A stretch of 63,955 nucleotides of DNA, counting the filler, from Reticulomyxa filosa (Eukaryota > Protista > Foraminifera), in the NCBI GenBank assembly GCA_000512085.1. It is 23 parts of 23 records of this genome, joined end to end, with 100 filler letters (N's around TTAATTAATTAA, not from the genome) between each part and the next. Parts side by side here need not be neighbours in the genome. Positions count along the whole stretch, not along the records: positions 38,740 to 40,515 come from ASPP01023616.1; positions 40,616 to 42,965 come from ASPP01028351.1; positions 43,066 to 44,240 come from ASPP01027351.1; positions 44,341 to 45,527 come from ASPP01020347.1; positions 45,628 to 47,332 come from ASPP01002363.1; positions 47,433 to 48,912 come from ASPP01037099.1; positions 49,013 to 55,185 come from ASPP01020887.1; 16 more parts are not named here. One strand, written 5' to 3'. Positions 38,800-54,819 of the stretch are shown here, piece by piece. Position 1 is the first letter of the stretch, and every line of letters begins with the position of its first letter. Made by a program: the position numbers and the translations under genes. The notes under the pieces are model-generated. The model had not been told where the DNA came from and ran no database searches. It worked only from the letters and a program-made list of their open reading frames with translations.

Positions 38800-39149
38800 A
38801 AAAAGAAAACTTGACGCATAGGAATTGATGACTCTCTTATCCATTGTTCGATGAGCCATTGTACATACTTCTTCCCCAAAGGCCCGTACAATAGTCGGTC
38901 TGCACTTTCGTGGAGAGTCTTTTGGTTCAATTCTATTGCCTTGTTTTGAGAACGATATGCTAAAGTCAGTGCGTGCTCAAAATATTGCGTATCGAAGTTA
39001 AACAGATTATTCGCAAAGTGTGTCAGCTCTTTTATTTGCTTTTCGATTTCGTTAAATCCCGTGGACGAGACATCTTCTTTATGGTTGAAGAGAGAGTCCA
39101 TCAATTGTGTTGGTGGCTCATATGGATCAATCGAATGACAATTTCCCAT
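38800..39149 (-). CDS. Hypothetical protein, first exon (MGNC dual-acylation-type start)
   Basis: MGNCHS...; ends LIEQWIRESSI before a probable intron. Confidence 0.55.
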
Positions 39150-39513
39150 CTCGCCTTGATGATGCGATATTAACTATGAAGACCCTTTTGCCTGCTGTGT
39201 CCAAGAAAAAAGCGATATATAAAAGTTAGGTTAACCTTCACTTAAACAGAAAGAATTTGCATCTCATTTTGTGATATTATCATGGGAAAAATTTTGCTTA
39301 AAAATGCACGTTGTAAATAAAGAAAACAGTACTTTTAAGTATGTTTTGGACCATAGCTTGTATTTGATAACTTTTCTAATTCTTTAGTATTTTGGTTTTT
39401 CCATCATAAGCGGTAACGTTTGAGAGTTTTTGATGACAGACGGAGTTGTTTTTTTTTTCTTTCTCTTCTCCTTTGGATTGATCATCTTCATCCCCGGCCA
39501 AGATTGTAATTCC

Positions 39514-40515
39514 ATGGAAACATTTTTAAAGCAGCAGACGCTGTCATATCTGAATAATTTCGACTATCATTCAGCAATATTTTATAGCGAGCGACTCTTG
39601 TCAACGAAAGACTGTTTAGAGTATCGCCTTTTGCTAGCAAGATGTTACTACGCGAAGCAGCAGCTGACTCGAAGCTATCACGTGCTATGCGAGATGGTGC
39701 GAGCTGAGCAGCACAAATGTGCAATGGAAATACAAGATACAGACAACAATGAAGAGATAGAAACAAATAGAAATGGAATAGACAGTGACGACAGTAAGGT
39801 ATTATTGCAAAGCCGTTACTTTTTATCGAAAGTGTGTTTTGAGCTGCGAAGATACGACGAAGCAGAAGAATTTTTGACAGGAGATAAACTGGATCTAAAC
39901 ATGACCAAGTTGCCGGAAGGAACGAAGCTCGAAAATAACGAAAGAGCATCAACAATGACAATAAGAGCAGAAAAGATCTATCAATTGGGAATAATGCCAA
40001 AAACCAAGTTGAGCATTCCCAATGGAAGTCATGGGTTGTATTTGCTTGGAGACGTATACCGATGGAGTGATCGTCCCATCCAAGCCAAGATATATTATCA
40101 GTTATGTCTTAAGTATGATTCATTCCATTGGGGGGCCATCACCTCGTTGTGCGATTTAGGAGAAACAAATCCCAAGTGGATCGTCCAAAAGTGTTTCCAA
40201 ATCAAACAAGGAGAACGATATCATCACATCAATAACAACAATAACAACAATAATAACAATAATAAGAATAATAAGAATAATGATAATAATGATAATCTCC
40301 AATCCATTCATCTTCTCGATCGTGATCATCGAGATGTCAATGTGAACGCTAATGCTAATATCGACATTGATATAGATACGAATACTGATTTCAATAGCAA
40401 TGGCAAGACCAGCGGAAATGCGCAACAAAAACGGAATGGAAAACAGGGAAGAAAAAAAGAAAAAGGAACAGAAAAAGAAGCAGGGGAAAAAGAAGAGGAA
40501 GAAGAAGATAATGAC
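39514..40515 (+). CDS. CDC27: Anaphase-promoting complex subunit 3, N-terminal TPR part
   Basis: SAIFYSERL, LLARCYY, RYFLSKVCFELRRYDEAE, IPNGSHGLYLLG, FHWGAITSLCDLGE followed by a low-complexity linker. Confidence 0.9.
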
Positions 40516-41399
40516 NNNNNNNNNNNNNNNNNNNNNNNNNNNNNNNNNNNNNNNNNNNNTTAATTAATTAANNNNNNNNNNNNNNNNNNNNNNNNNNNNN
40601 NNNNNNNNNNNNNNNCAAATGTTTGAAACATCCTTTCGTGATTTAAAAAAGACAACTGTACTTAAAATGCTAATGTATAAAGTATTTGTTTTTCTGAAAA
40701 GAAATTATCGAGTGTTTAAAAGCAATCTGAAAAAGATTGATCGTGTACACACACTAGCAAATAAAATGAAGCAATTATTGTGATTCCGCTGCTATGTTCA
40801 ATGCGCTGAAAAGTTTTACAATATTATTTTGCAATTTTTTTTTTAGATGGGCTGCAGTCAAGTGTTGGATTACTCTATCGCTTCATCCTTCTTTTTTGCC
40901 CTCTCTACATGCACAAACTCAGGCCCTTCTAGTACTCAAAAGAAACACAAAACAAAAGAAAGACACACAAAATGTTACAACGACCAAAAGGTATTTCAAT
41001 TATTCAAATCCTTCTCTTGGTATCGACTACGAATTTGCTGACATCTTGTTTCCACGATCGATCCCCAATAATGAATTGTTTCATTGACATTGATTCTTGC
41101 GGCGTAATTTACTGTACAGCACACCAAACACAACCAGGAGAATCTGATCTTTGAATGTTATACAAATATTTAATCCAACTTTATCAGTGATCAATTGACA
41201 AATGATTTTGCGTTTACTAAATTTCAATGAATATATAACAATCTTTTCAAAAGACCAGACTAGACAGGAAATATAGGTCGTGATTATCAAGAATGCCGCT
41301 GATCTGTGTTGTTGATTTAGATATGGTTGCAATTTCTTGACCTTCTTGCAACGAGAGCATCTATTTCATCATTGAACTTTCTAAATCACAAGCAACTTT

Positions 41400-42965
41400 C
41401 ACAACTGAAATGATATCAGTATAGCAGTGAAACTGAGTAACAAATTTGAGGAAAAGTGGAAATCAAAGAATAAATTTGAAAGATGGCAGAAAGGAAACGA
41501 AAGCATGAAAGAACAAAATCTGAGTAACAAGAAAGGAAAAAAACAGGAAAGCAAAAGGATAGAGAAATACAGAAGGAAATGTTGGGCGTACCTAAACGCA
41601 CCAAAGCTGGAGAAGAAAGTACAGTCCTAGAAGTGGAAAACGCGGAAATAGACTTGATTTTTGTAGATTGAAAAGCAAGAAGAATATCACAAACATGTTT
41701 TCTATGTGGTACTGGACGATAGCAAATTACATTGCGTATACTGTACATTCGTAACGATATCATATGTGCAATTTCCAGAATCAGGAGAATTGATAAGAGT
41801 GCAATTACAGCCCAAGCTAATAAAAAGACCACAAATTGTAGCAAATTTGCGTATACAGAAAAAGAAAATATTCCTAATGACAGAAGTGGCGTTTTAGCGG
41901 ATGAATAAGGCAGTAAAAAAGACCGAAAGACAAGAAGATGGAAAGATGGAATGCACTGGGCAATATTTAATTTTAAGTCAAGAGGAACTAAAAAGTACTA
42001 ATGAATGGGAAAATAAGTCAGAAAAGCACGAAGTGGAACAAGGATGTTTGTCAACCGACAGGAAGTTCAAGAAAACAGTAAAAATGGCGATGGCACAGAA
42101 TACATTAATGGAAATAGATACAATTGTAGGACACAAATGGGTTCAGATAAATAAAGAGAAAATGAGAAAAAAGGGATGAAATAAATAAAGAAATATAGAT
42201 GGAATAGCAAACAGAAAAAGCAGATTTATGCATATCATTTGATTAAAATACAGTTACAATTAATACTACAAATAAATGTGGATAAAAGTACCATAACAAC
42301 TATAAACACTATGAATGATAATAGATACAAAAAAAGGAAGCTGAAACACTTAGACCAGCTAATTAGGAAAGCGAAGGAAATATATATAACTACATGCATT
42401 AAAAATATAGTTACAGACCAATGATTGAATATGTGATGCAACACAACTGAGACTCAACTAGAGTCAGCACAGCATAGCATGGACATATATAACAACAAGA
42501 CAAGCGGCAATTAGAATATGGATAATGCAAATAAATGCAAGGCTAGGTTTAAGACATAGTACGATACCTAAATACAGAAAAGCTATTTAAAACTTGAGAT
42601 GTAGCAAAATAAAGGTAAGAGATTTTTATGTAAAAGTATAAATAAGTGAAAATTTATGGACAACACATATTGGCAGTTTATAGATATCAGAATCCCGTTT
42701 ATTAAATAACGCGTTAATTAAAGTGAGAATAATCAATCTTCCAAAGTAGGATCTGTATATCAAATATCCAAGTTGCAGCATGTGACCAATCCAAGATATT
42801 TCACATGATCACATTCCTTCGAATTTGATTGTTGCAATGTTAATTTCATCTTTGGAAGTTTCTTTTTACTTTGATATCTGAATGTGTACATTGAGTCTAT
42901 CCGCTGCAAGCAACATCTTTCATTTATTGGCCCAAATGGATACATTCTAATTGATCATTCATTCC
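41400..42965. mobile_element. Highly degraded non-LTR retrotransposon-like relics
   Basis: Minus strand DHVKYLGLV (RT C-terminal KYLG motif) near 42790; strand-biased, stop-riddled flanks. Confidence 0.4.
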
Positions 42966-43065
42966 NNNNNNNNNNNNNNNNNNNNNNNNNNNNNNNNNNN
43001 NNNNNNNNNTTAATTAATTAANNNNNNNNNNNNNNNNNNNNNNNNNNNNNNNNNNNNNNNNNNNN

Positions 43066-44240
43066 TGCTATCCACGAAAAGAAATCACGCAACAGACATT
43101 CCAACAGCCAACCAAACGATTCCTCGACACAATTAAGCGAGATTAGAAAATCGCACTAATGATGCACCAACTGATACTGAAATCATCACTGGCAATCCAT
43201 CGAACAATAAAGATAAAGAAAAGTATCCAGATAACCTGTAATAGGAGAATACCACCAAACACGAAAGTAAATTCGACCCCATCAACTATATGGCCTGGAC
43301 AATGGGTAACAGTAAACCGACCTTCATATCCACATCAAACAAGTCTGTCCAGTCCCCAACTGCGGCAACAAATTCCCAAAAGGTACATGCATTATTCATA
43401 CGTGTCACAAGCGTGCAACCGGCCAGCTGGTTATAACAATTCCAAAAGAATTTTTCCAAAAGTACAATCGAATCATTTGCACCTATTGCAAGAAAACTTT
43501 ATTCAAGGGAGATCCACCAACAACATGCATTCCAAATGCGCCCACATCGCATTAACAGCAGATCCGAATGAACAAGCCAACACAGCGCCTGCACAAATAG
43601 ACAACCAATTCTCCTGATCTGACATAACTTTAATCCATATCGCCAAATAACCCACCAAACTCATTGCAAAAATCCAAAAGAAGCAAGGTTCCTTTTCGTT
43701 GCTGGCATCTCATCTTGTCTTCGCAATATCATATCGGACAATAACATTCAAGCATGTGTATCATGGATGCAATTTATTTGGGTAATATTGTGGCACCTGA
43801 AAGAAGAGACAAACTGCACATTAAAACACTCACAGCCAAAATCATAAACTGAATAAACAGATGGAAAGCATTGGAGAAGCAACAATTGTTTTGAATTTCT
43901 ATCACATTCACAAAAAATCAAAAACAGACAAATGACAAACAACAACACCAAACGTTCCGAAAATGCAATACGTACGACCTGTATGAAATTTGCATCACTT
44001 AAAAAATATTCCAAAACATTCCAATCGCTGACACTAACACAACCAATATTATACGAAAAGCAGACAATCTATGCATTGCAAAACAAGAATCCATACAAAA
44101 ACCTTCCGCAAATCCCCTTTACAAAAAAAAAGCAAATACAAACACAAAAGTACAAGCAATCACAGCCAAAAATAAAATATTACACACTAACTATGAAAAA
44201 ATCATATTTTATAGGTTAACGGTAAATTGAGCAATGCTCA
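43066..44240 (+). mobile_element. Possible degraded retroelement fragment
   Basis: A/C-rich strand bias and broken reading frames; no clean domain. Confidence 0.25.
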
Positions 44241-44340
44241 NNNNNNNNNNNNNNNNNNNNNNNNNNNNNNNNNNNNNNNNNNNNTTAATTAATTAANNNN
44301 NNNNNNNNNNNNNNNNNNNNNNNNNNNNNNNNNNNNNNNN

Positions 44341-45527
44341 CCAACATATAGTCCTACTTATAGTCCAACATATAGTCCGACTTACTCACCAACAGAGAGC
44401 CCAACAAACGCTCCAACGTATTCCCCGACATACTCTCCAACATACTCACCAACATACTCTCCAACATATTCACCAACGTACTCCCCAACTTATTCTCCAA
44501 CACAGAGTCCAACGTATTCACCAACTTACTCGCCTACGTATTCTCCGACAGAGAGTCCAACGTATTCGCCGACATACAGTCCGACATACTCACCGACGAA
44601 TAGTCCGACATACTCGCCGACGAATAGTCCGACATACAGCCCGACATACTCACCAACGAATAGTCCGACATACTCGCCGACGAATAGTCCAACGTACTCG
44701 CCAACCTATTCACCAACCAATTCTCCAACATACAGTCCGACATACTCGCCAACTGAAAGTCCAACAAATACCCCAACGTATTCTCCGACATACTCTCCAA
44801 CGTATTCGCCAACGGAGAGTCCAACTTATTCGCCGACCTATTCGCCAACGGAAAGTCCTACGTACTCCCCAACATACTCGCCAACTTATTCCCCGACAAA
44901 CAGTCCAACATATTCTCCAACGTATTCGCCAACAGAGAGCCCAACATATTCCCCAACAGAAAGTCCAACGTATTCGCCAACTTACTCTCCAACGTATTCC
45001 CCAACATATAGTCCAACGTATTCTCCGACGAATAGTCCGACATACTCTCCGACGTATTCTCCAACAGAGAGCCCAACATACTCGCCGACATATTCTCCAA
45101 CTTATTCACCAACCAATGCCCCAACATACTCTCCAACAAACAGTCCGACTTACAGTCCTACCTATAGTCCAACGAACAGTCCAACGTACAGTCCTACCTA
45201 TAGTCCAACTTACAGCCCAACAAACAGTCCGACGAACAGTCCAACCTATTCACCAACAGAGAGCCCGACAAACAGTCCAACGTACAGTCCAACAAACAGT
45301 CCAAGCTATAGTCCAACCTATTCACCAACGGAAAGCCCAACAAACAGCCCAACGTACAGTCCAACAAACAGCCCAACGTACAGTCCAACAAACAGTCCAA
45401 CCTATTCACCGACGTACAGTCCAACAAATAGTCCAACCTATTCACCAACATACAGTCCTACGTACAGTCCAACATACAGTCCAACGTACAGTCCAACAAA
45501 CAGTCCAAGCTATAGCCCAACCTATTC
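44341..45527 (+). repeat. Coding tetrapeptide repeat ([12 protein letters not shown])n, internal fragment of a mucin-like protein
   Basis: The whole contig reads [20 protein letters not shown]... with wobble variation; same type as 1606-2150. Confidence 0.92.
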
Positions 45528-45628
45528 NNNNNNNNNNNNNNNNNNNNNNNNNNNNNNNNNNNNNNNNNNNNTTAATTAATTAANNNNNNNNNNNNNNNNN
45601 NNNNNNNNNNNNNNNNNNNNNNNNNNNT

Positions 45629-45667
<39 letters not shown>

Positions 45668-45688
45668 CCTTATGTCTTTTCTACAAAC

Positions 45689-46059
45689 CAAATGCAAGGG
45701 GCAAACCAGCCATTCTTTTCATCATCGCTTTTACTAACCCAAAACAGTGTAGGGGTCGTGGAAAACGGATGAATGATCCATATCTTCTTTGGATCTGATT
45801 TCGGGTGCAATACTAAACCATGTCCTTCTTCCAAACGATCCAATGATGAATTGATATCTTCCAATGAATACTTTTTGCTTCCACACAGATTGTGCAAAGT
45901 CTTTACATCTGGAGCGTGGCCTACCGATGTCAAGTGTTTTAGCACCTCATAATGGATCCTTGAATCTAACACATTTTCACGATTATCTCCCGATGTGTCT
46001 ACAGCTTGAAGATGTTGCACTACTTTCTGCAATCTTTTTGTATTTTCTGATTTGCTCAT
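45689..46059 (-). CDS. MerB-like (organomercurial lyase family) protein with PTS2; exon 1, truncated in an intron
   Basis: wHTH IHYEVLKHLTSVGHAP...LDRLEEGHGLVLHP; IWIIHPFSTTPTLFWV; WFAPCIW; RLQKVVQHL at residues 9-17; GTTTGT donor at 45688. Confidence 0.8.
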
Positions 46060-46199
46060 GATTCTAAATTTTTTTTTAGATATCTTCCCCTTTTTCGAGT
46101 TTGGTCCGTCGTGCATTTATCCGAAAATATTTTTTGTCTTGTATAAGTCTTTTCGTTTTAGAAATAGTCAGATTCGAAGAAAAAGGAATATTTCAAAAT

Positions 46200-47071
46200 G
46201 AAGTAGATGACAAACTGTTAAGAATTGCTCTCTCTCTCTCTCGTAATTTTTGTTTTAATTACTGAAAGTACACCAATATACACTTACAAAGAAAAAAAAA
46301 AAAAGGAGCAGTGATTATAGCTCTTGCATTTTCTTTTCAACCATATTAATTTGTTTTTGGTAATATTCATCCAATAGTTGTTTGTCTTGAATATGCTGTT
46401 TTTTCAAACGATCCCTCATTGCGATAAACTCAGATTTGGCCATAGCTGGAGTAATGTCAAGACCAATATGCAAGGCACTAGTTCCTTCAAATATCGATTT
46501 CACATTGAGATCTTCCAAGTGATTGAAGAGAGAGAAAAAAAAAAAAAAAAAGACAAATTGATATATGTTTACATGTTATGCGTACATATATAACCGAGTA
46601 TGTATATATATAAAGTGGAGGTACGCACATAAATGTACATACTAAACTTTCAATCGAATTGTGTTCATTAGTAATCCGTGGAGACGGCGGTAATGGTTTT
46701 TGCGGTGGCAAAGACTTGACTCGTTTTGGCAATGGTCGATTGGGGGGCTGTTTGTTCCTGAGACCATTTCTAAGCCACTTATTTTTTTGATTGAGATGAG
46801 TGTTTTCTTTATCTTGGTCTTCTCCATCGGCCCCCTCCCTTTGCGCATTCGATTGTCTCTTCAACACCGTGGTTGCATATTGGTCCATCCCTTCTTCATC
46901 GTCCTTGCCTCCGTCATCTGCAAACACAACCGTTCCAGCATTGAGGGCTTTGTCGTCATTGTCATTATTGTCACTTTGTGTCCAGTGCTATTGCATAAGT
47001 ATTATTATATTTTCATGGTCCAACATCCAAAACTCCGTTTTTGGTGGATTCATCAAAATTATTATTATTAT

Positions 47072-47107
<36 letters not shown>

Positions 47108-47287
47108 CAAAGCAAACTTGAGATTGAGTCTGTTCGTCGAGCTCTCTTATTTTTTTCCGGCGTTGATCCAACAATGGCAGCGCACAGCTCACCAAGTCTT
47201 GGATGATTTGCAAGTTTTTTGCTTTGCGTATCCACATGTGCTACATTTTCACATAAGCCTAATCCAATTCTTTATTTTGGCATTGTG

Positions 47288-47322
<35 letters not shown>

Positions 47323-47332
47323 CCCCCCCCCC
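46200..47332 (-). CDS. Hypothetical acidic/coiled-coil protein, 3' exons
   Basis: Spliced coding-like ORFs 47013-47237, 46487-46927 and 46315-46518. Confidence 0.5.
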
Positions 47333-49079
47333 NNNNNNNNNNNNNNNNNNNNNNNNNNNNNNNNNNNNNNNNNNNNTTAATTAATTAANNNNNNNNNNNN
47401 NNNNNNNNNNNNNNNNNNNNNNNNNNNNNNNNATTATTGCATGACATGGTTCGACGATTTTTGATTACTACGCGATTCATGATTTAAAACTTACGCCGAC
47501 TCGAGTCCAACTAAGAAAATAAAAATTGGCGATCTTTACCCATTTTTTTCCAAATACTGGGAAAATACAACGAATACAAAGTATTATCGCATCCAACATG
47601 TTGTCGTAGTCCATATTCGATTCCAGAGACTGCCAGATAAGCGCCGATATCTTTTGCCGAATAATGTAAGGCACAAGACTCTTATAGTGATAGAGTCAGA
47701 AAATGCAAACGGCCATCTCTCTATTTTTTCTTCGAGCATCAATACTTATGCCACTCGCGAGATCACCATTCTTCCATCAGCAGCACTAACGACTCGAAAC
47801 CAAAAGCTGCGGATATGCACACGCACACAAACAGCTCGACACGAATAATTTTATTTCTATAACAACCTTGTTCGTTGAAGCCGATATGTTGCAGTTCGAT
47901 ACATGTCCGGAACGTAAAATCGCCACTTGCGGGCTTGAAGAGCCAATACCGAACTTATCCAATCTGGTAAACTAGTTTTTTTTAAAAAAATCCAACGCGA
48001 CATGATTGCAATGTTCTTCATCATCCTCCTACTAATCATCTTTTCTGATTGCTTGCCCATGTGTTGACTGACTTTCGCGCAACTCCTAACTAAATTGAAC
48101 CACTCTCAATGGAGCGATTTTCACAATGTGGCGGTTTTCTCGATCGTGATGAGTGGACATTTTTTAGCAGCTTCATCGCCTTCCAATTTTTTCTTCGCTG
48201 CTTCAACAAGTCGACTGTCGGCGCTGTAGTCGATCACTTAATAATTAAATAAAGATCTCAATGAATTTTTTGCTGCTGTTGCTTTGCTCTTCTTCACAAA
48301 CTTTTTCATTTTCATTTTTTTTCTTTTTATCTTTTTTTTCTTTTTTGCTCTTTTTTATCTTTTTTTTTTTCTTTTTTCCACATTGTCATTTTTTTATTTT
48401 TTCATTTTTATTTCCAACATTTTTTCATTTTTAAATTTTCTAATTCTTTAAATTTTTTCTTTTCTTTTCTTAAATAAAAATTATTTTCAAATTTTCCCCA
48501 CCCTTTTTTTCCATTTATTTTTTCACCAACCCTTTTTTCCCTATCCCTTTTTTCACTAACCCTTTTTTCCCTATCCCTCTCACTCAAATACAAAATAAAA
48601 ATAAAAAATAAAAAAATAAAATAAAAAAACTTTCCAATTGCTTGATCTTGACTCCTAATAACATTCACAAAGGGACATAATTTTTCATTTTTTTAAAGAA
48701 AAAAATACAAAAGCAAAACTTGATTTCTGAGCTAAAAGCTCCAATTCGAATATTTCTATAATTTTTTTTTCTTTGCAAGGGGATTTGAAGAGGGAGGACA
48801 AACATTTATTTTTGTTGATGGGGGGGATGCCTATTCATAAACAAACTTATACTTTTTATTAAAAAAAAAATAATAATAATAACAAACCTTTTAATTTTTG
48901 TTTGTGCACGGGNNNNNNNNNNNNNNNNNNNNNNNNNNNNNNNNNNNNNNNNNNNNTTAATTAATTAANNNNNNNNNNNNNNNNNNNNNNNNNNNNNNNN
49001 NNNNNNNNNNNNTTTTTTTTTTTTTTTTTTTTGACTACTTAAATAAAAAAAAAAAAAAAAACTAATGTCAATAATATGA

Positions 49080-49812
49080 ATGTTTAAAAAATGTGTATGC
49101 ACGCATGTTCAAGGGATAAGAGAAAACCGACCTAATAACATCGAAGAACTAATCGCCCAAAACAAGGGCAATAGGAAGAGAAGGGACTATGTGATTCGGG
49201 ACAATTTTCAGCTCAGAGATGAACCCCCTCGGGAACGTCCACACGATAGGGCGAGACATGCCCACCAGAAAGGACAAAGATCTCATTTCCAAAATCGATG
49301 GGAAGAAATACAAGGTATGTATGTTGTCCAAGAAACAATACATACACATACATACATGTGTATACGTATGTTCGGCTGTGTCTATTGCAACGATTGTTTT
49401 AAATAATATACTCGAAATATCAAAAACACAATTGCGTCGAATTTTTTTTTATAAAAAAAAAGATGATCCAAATGCTGGTGTACCATGTCGCGATCGCGCT
49501 TCTCCGATCATTTGTCAGCGAGCCTGGGAAGAAGGAAGCTGCGAGTTTAAAAGGGAACTTTGCGCAAAAACATGCGGCTACTGTAATGACAGAGCTGATA
49601 ACAATAATAACAATGAATATGTAGAGGCAAATCTAAATGGAAATGAAATTGATAGTAGAGATGAAATTGATAATCAAAATGATGGTGAAGGCAATGATAT
49701 TGGCAATAACAATTTCAATGATCGTGCCAGTGATGAAGATGACAACCAACCTGAAAATGAAAGAGATAACATTCTTCGCATTCGTAATAATCCACAAGCA
49801 TATCTACTTTGA
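49080..49812 (+). CDS. ShKT-domain protein, 3' fragment
   Basis: CRDRASPIICQRAWEEGSCEFKRELCAKTCGYC six-Cys ShKT motif followed by an N/D-rich tail. Confidence 0.8.
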
Positions 49813-50293
49813 TTTTTTTTTGACAGTTTTGGATTGTTCATGATCCTTTCCTTTCTCAACAGTTTGTTCAGCTTCTTTAAAAAAAATATAAACTGGATGT
49901 CTATCCTCATTTTTTTTAATAATGATAGACTTCATATTGTTTTATTTATTCCACAAATTTTTAAAAATTTTGGCGTGCTCATTTATTTTGTCACAAAAGA
50001 TCATACACTTTTCAGTCAGTCAAAATTATTCTTTCAAAGATGTGTAGTTGAATACAGTTCCAACAACTGTTCTTAACTTATAATGAGTGCATCATTTCTT
50101 TGGTATTAAGGTTTAATTCTTCCACAAATTTACTACGGTATTTTGCAAAAAAACTGAACATCTAAGATACCACATAAGATAATCAATTTCTCTGGAAAAA
50201 CAAACATTAAAACTTAGTTTTTAAAAATTTTTGTTTGTGTTGAATTTAGCTTTTTAGTGCTATTGGAAATTTATATTGCCTTTTTGTTGCTCT

Positions 50294-50466
50294 TGTAGGA
50301 TAAATCCTATATATGGTAAAGTTTTAACGGAACTGTAGACCCTAGTGGGCTAACTTTCTTCACAAACACAACCCACTTTCTCTTTTCCTTGTTTTGTTGT
50401 GATTATTGTCATTAGTTTACTTTTTTATTGAAATTTGTTTCGTAATTAAGTTCCTTTCGTATTACA
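50294..50466 (+). mobile_element. Solo-LTR-like repeat copy
   Basis: TGTAGGATAA...CCTTTCGTATTACA. Confidence 0.65.
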
Positions 50467-51562
50467 CTTAATCGCACTGACAAGGATTACAATTTAAACA
50501 GTAATTTTTCACAATAGAGTTTATGTTGAAGTTATTGTTCATATTGTAATAGACAACATTTTTCTTTTTGCTCTTTGAATAATCTAGTACTGTTAATTTT
50601 AAACACATTTCGAGGGAGATATGCATAAGAGAAATATCGTTCATTTTAATGCATCCAAAACGCAAATAAATCAAACAATTCGACTAGGCAAATGCAAGTA
50701 ATTACATACGATGACAGAAGGGTCATACCACACTCAATCAAGATCATATGTAACATACTTTCATTAGCATTAGTTGTAGCATTAATGAGCATACTAAATG
50801 AAAAAAGTTGTACAAGACAAACTGTATTGGTAGTAAACGTATGACGATATCTGCACACTGAGTACGGCTTAGGTGTAATGTTTCAGTAACAAAGTTACCG
50901 AAATAAGGTTTCTCCTTTTTCTTATTTGATTCATTTTTTGTTTACGGAAAACTTAGTGTTGGAAGTGAAAGAAGAAAAGTTTAAGGGACAAAAAGATCAA
51001 AATCCTTTCTCAGCTGGAACGGTCACAAAATGTTGTATTATTAATTTGTAATATTACATATTCTAACAAAATTTCATATTGTAGTATTATATTGTTACAT
51101 AGTCCATATAAAGTATACAACATGTTGAAGAAAAAACTGAACACATATTTTATGAAGACGATCGATTTTCTCAACGAAAATATTTATTTACAATATGTGC
51201 AACGCTGATCCTTCAATAAGAAAAATTCATATTAACATAAACAATAGCCAAAATATGTATTACATAATTTGTTTGATTGTACCGCTTTTATATTTTTGAT
51301 TTTTTTTACGTTTGTTTAATTAATTATTATATTTATGATTTTTGAACAAATCTATTTTCTATTGATGCTGTCAATTGCCACACTATGATTGAACAAGCCC
51401 ATATATTATGCCAAAAATGAACGTGATTATTGTCTTAACAATCGTCAGCCACTACTTCTGAGTCGAGTCTGGGGTGTGTTTTTTTTTTGGAGTTAAGTAC
51501 TAGGAAAAAAAGACCGGCAACCTTTTTCGTTATAAAATTTTTAAAAGTAGAGACTAGCAATT

Positions 51563-53942
<2,380 letters not shown>

Positions 53943-54819
53943 TTCAATTTGAGCAACGAGAAAACAGTTATGCATAATTGAAAAATATCGTTTGTCGAAG
54001 CACGGTTTGACTTTTCAACGTTCACCGAATTTTAAAAGAGGTTTTTTATGGACACTGTTTTGTGTTAATGTTTGTGCCAACGATATTTTGAAACACTGAG
54101 ATAACATTGTTTTTGGTGTTTGTGTCTTCAGTGGTTGAATCGTTTTTTCTGTTTTTTTCTGAAAACACAATCTCCTATTTTTTGTAAACATGGCCACCAA
54201 AAGTACAATGTCCCCCTTTTGGGACGACGAACCTTTTAAAAAAGTCTTAGATCGATATTTTTTAGAAAAAAAATTCGCATATAACTTTTCAACTAAAAAA
54301 AATTACAACGACTAAGGCTGTTGTGGTACATTTTTTTTGGCCAAGAGTTTTATTTTTATGTGCAAATAAAATAAATTTTTATCATTTAAAAAAAGAAATA
54401 GTGAAGCGGAAGCAAAAAATAAGCCTTAGGTAATAAGAAAAAAAGCCTCTATTCTGTATCGTGTTTATTGTACCTGCTTAACTAAAGAAATAACAATCAA
54501 AAACGTACATAATTGAGACAAATAACTTAAAAACATACATGCCAATTCAGAGTTAACTTATAATTTTAACCGAGTACGCTTGTATAATTAACTTTATTAT
54601 TTTACTTCTACAATACCGAGAAACGTGCTTCAGGTTTTTTTTTTTTAATTCCTTTAACTTTTTTTTTATTTTTTTACTTTTATCGTCTTCTTTCGAGGAC
54701 AAAGTGCTCAAATCTATTTGAAAAGTGAACAATTTCGTTGTTTTTTCGAAAAATCATTTTGAAACGTGCTTTCTATTTCCTTACGAAGGTCTTGATAAGG
54801 AAACAAGCAAAAAACAGAA

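Noticed and set aside
44341-45527. RNA polymerase II CTD (YSPTSPS) repeats
   Set aside because: The periodicity is four residues (PTYS), not seven, and matches the mucin stalk at 1606-2150.
6528-46059. A detoxification gene cluster (FEX plus MerB-like)
   Set aside because: The genes are on different contigs; their order in the window is artificial.
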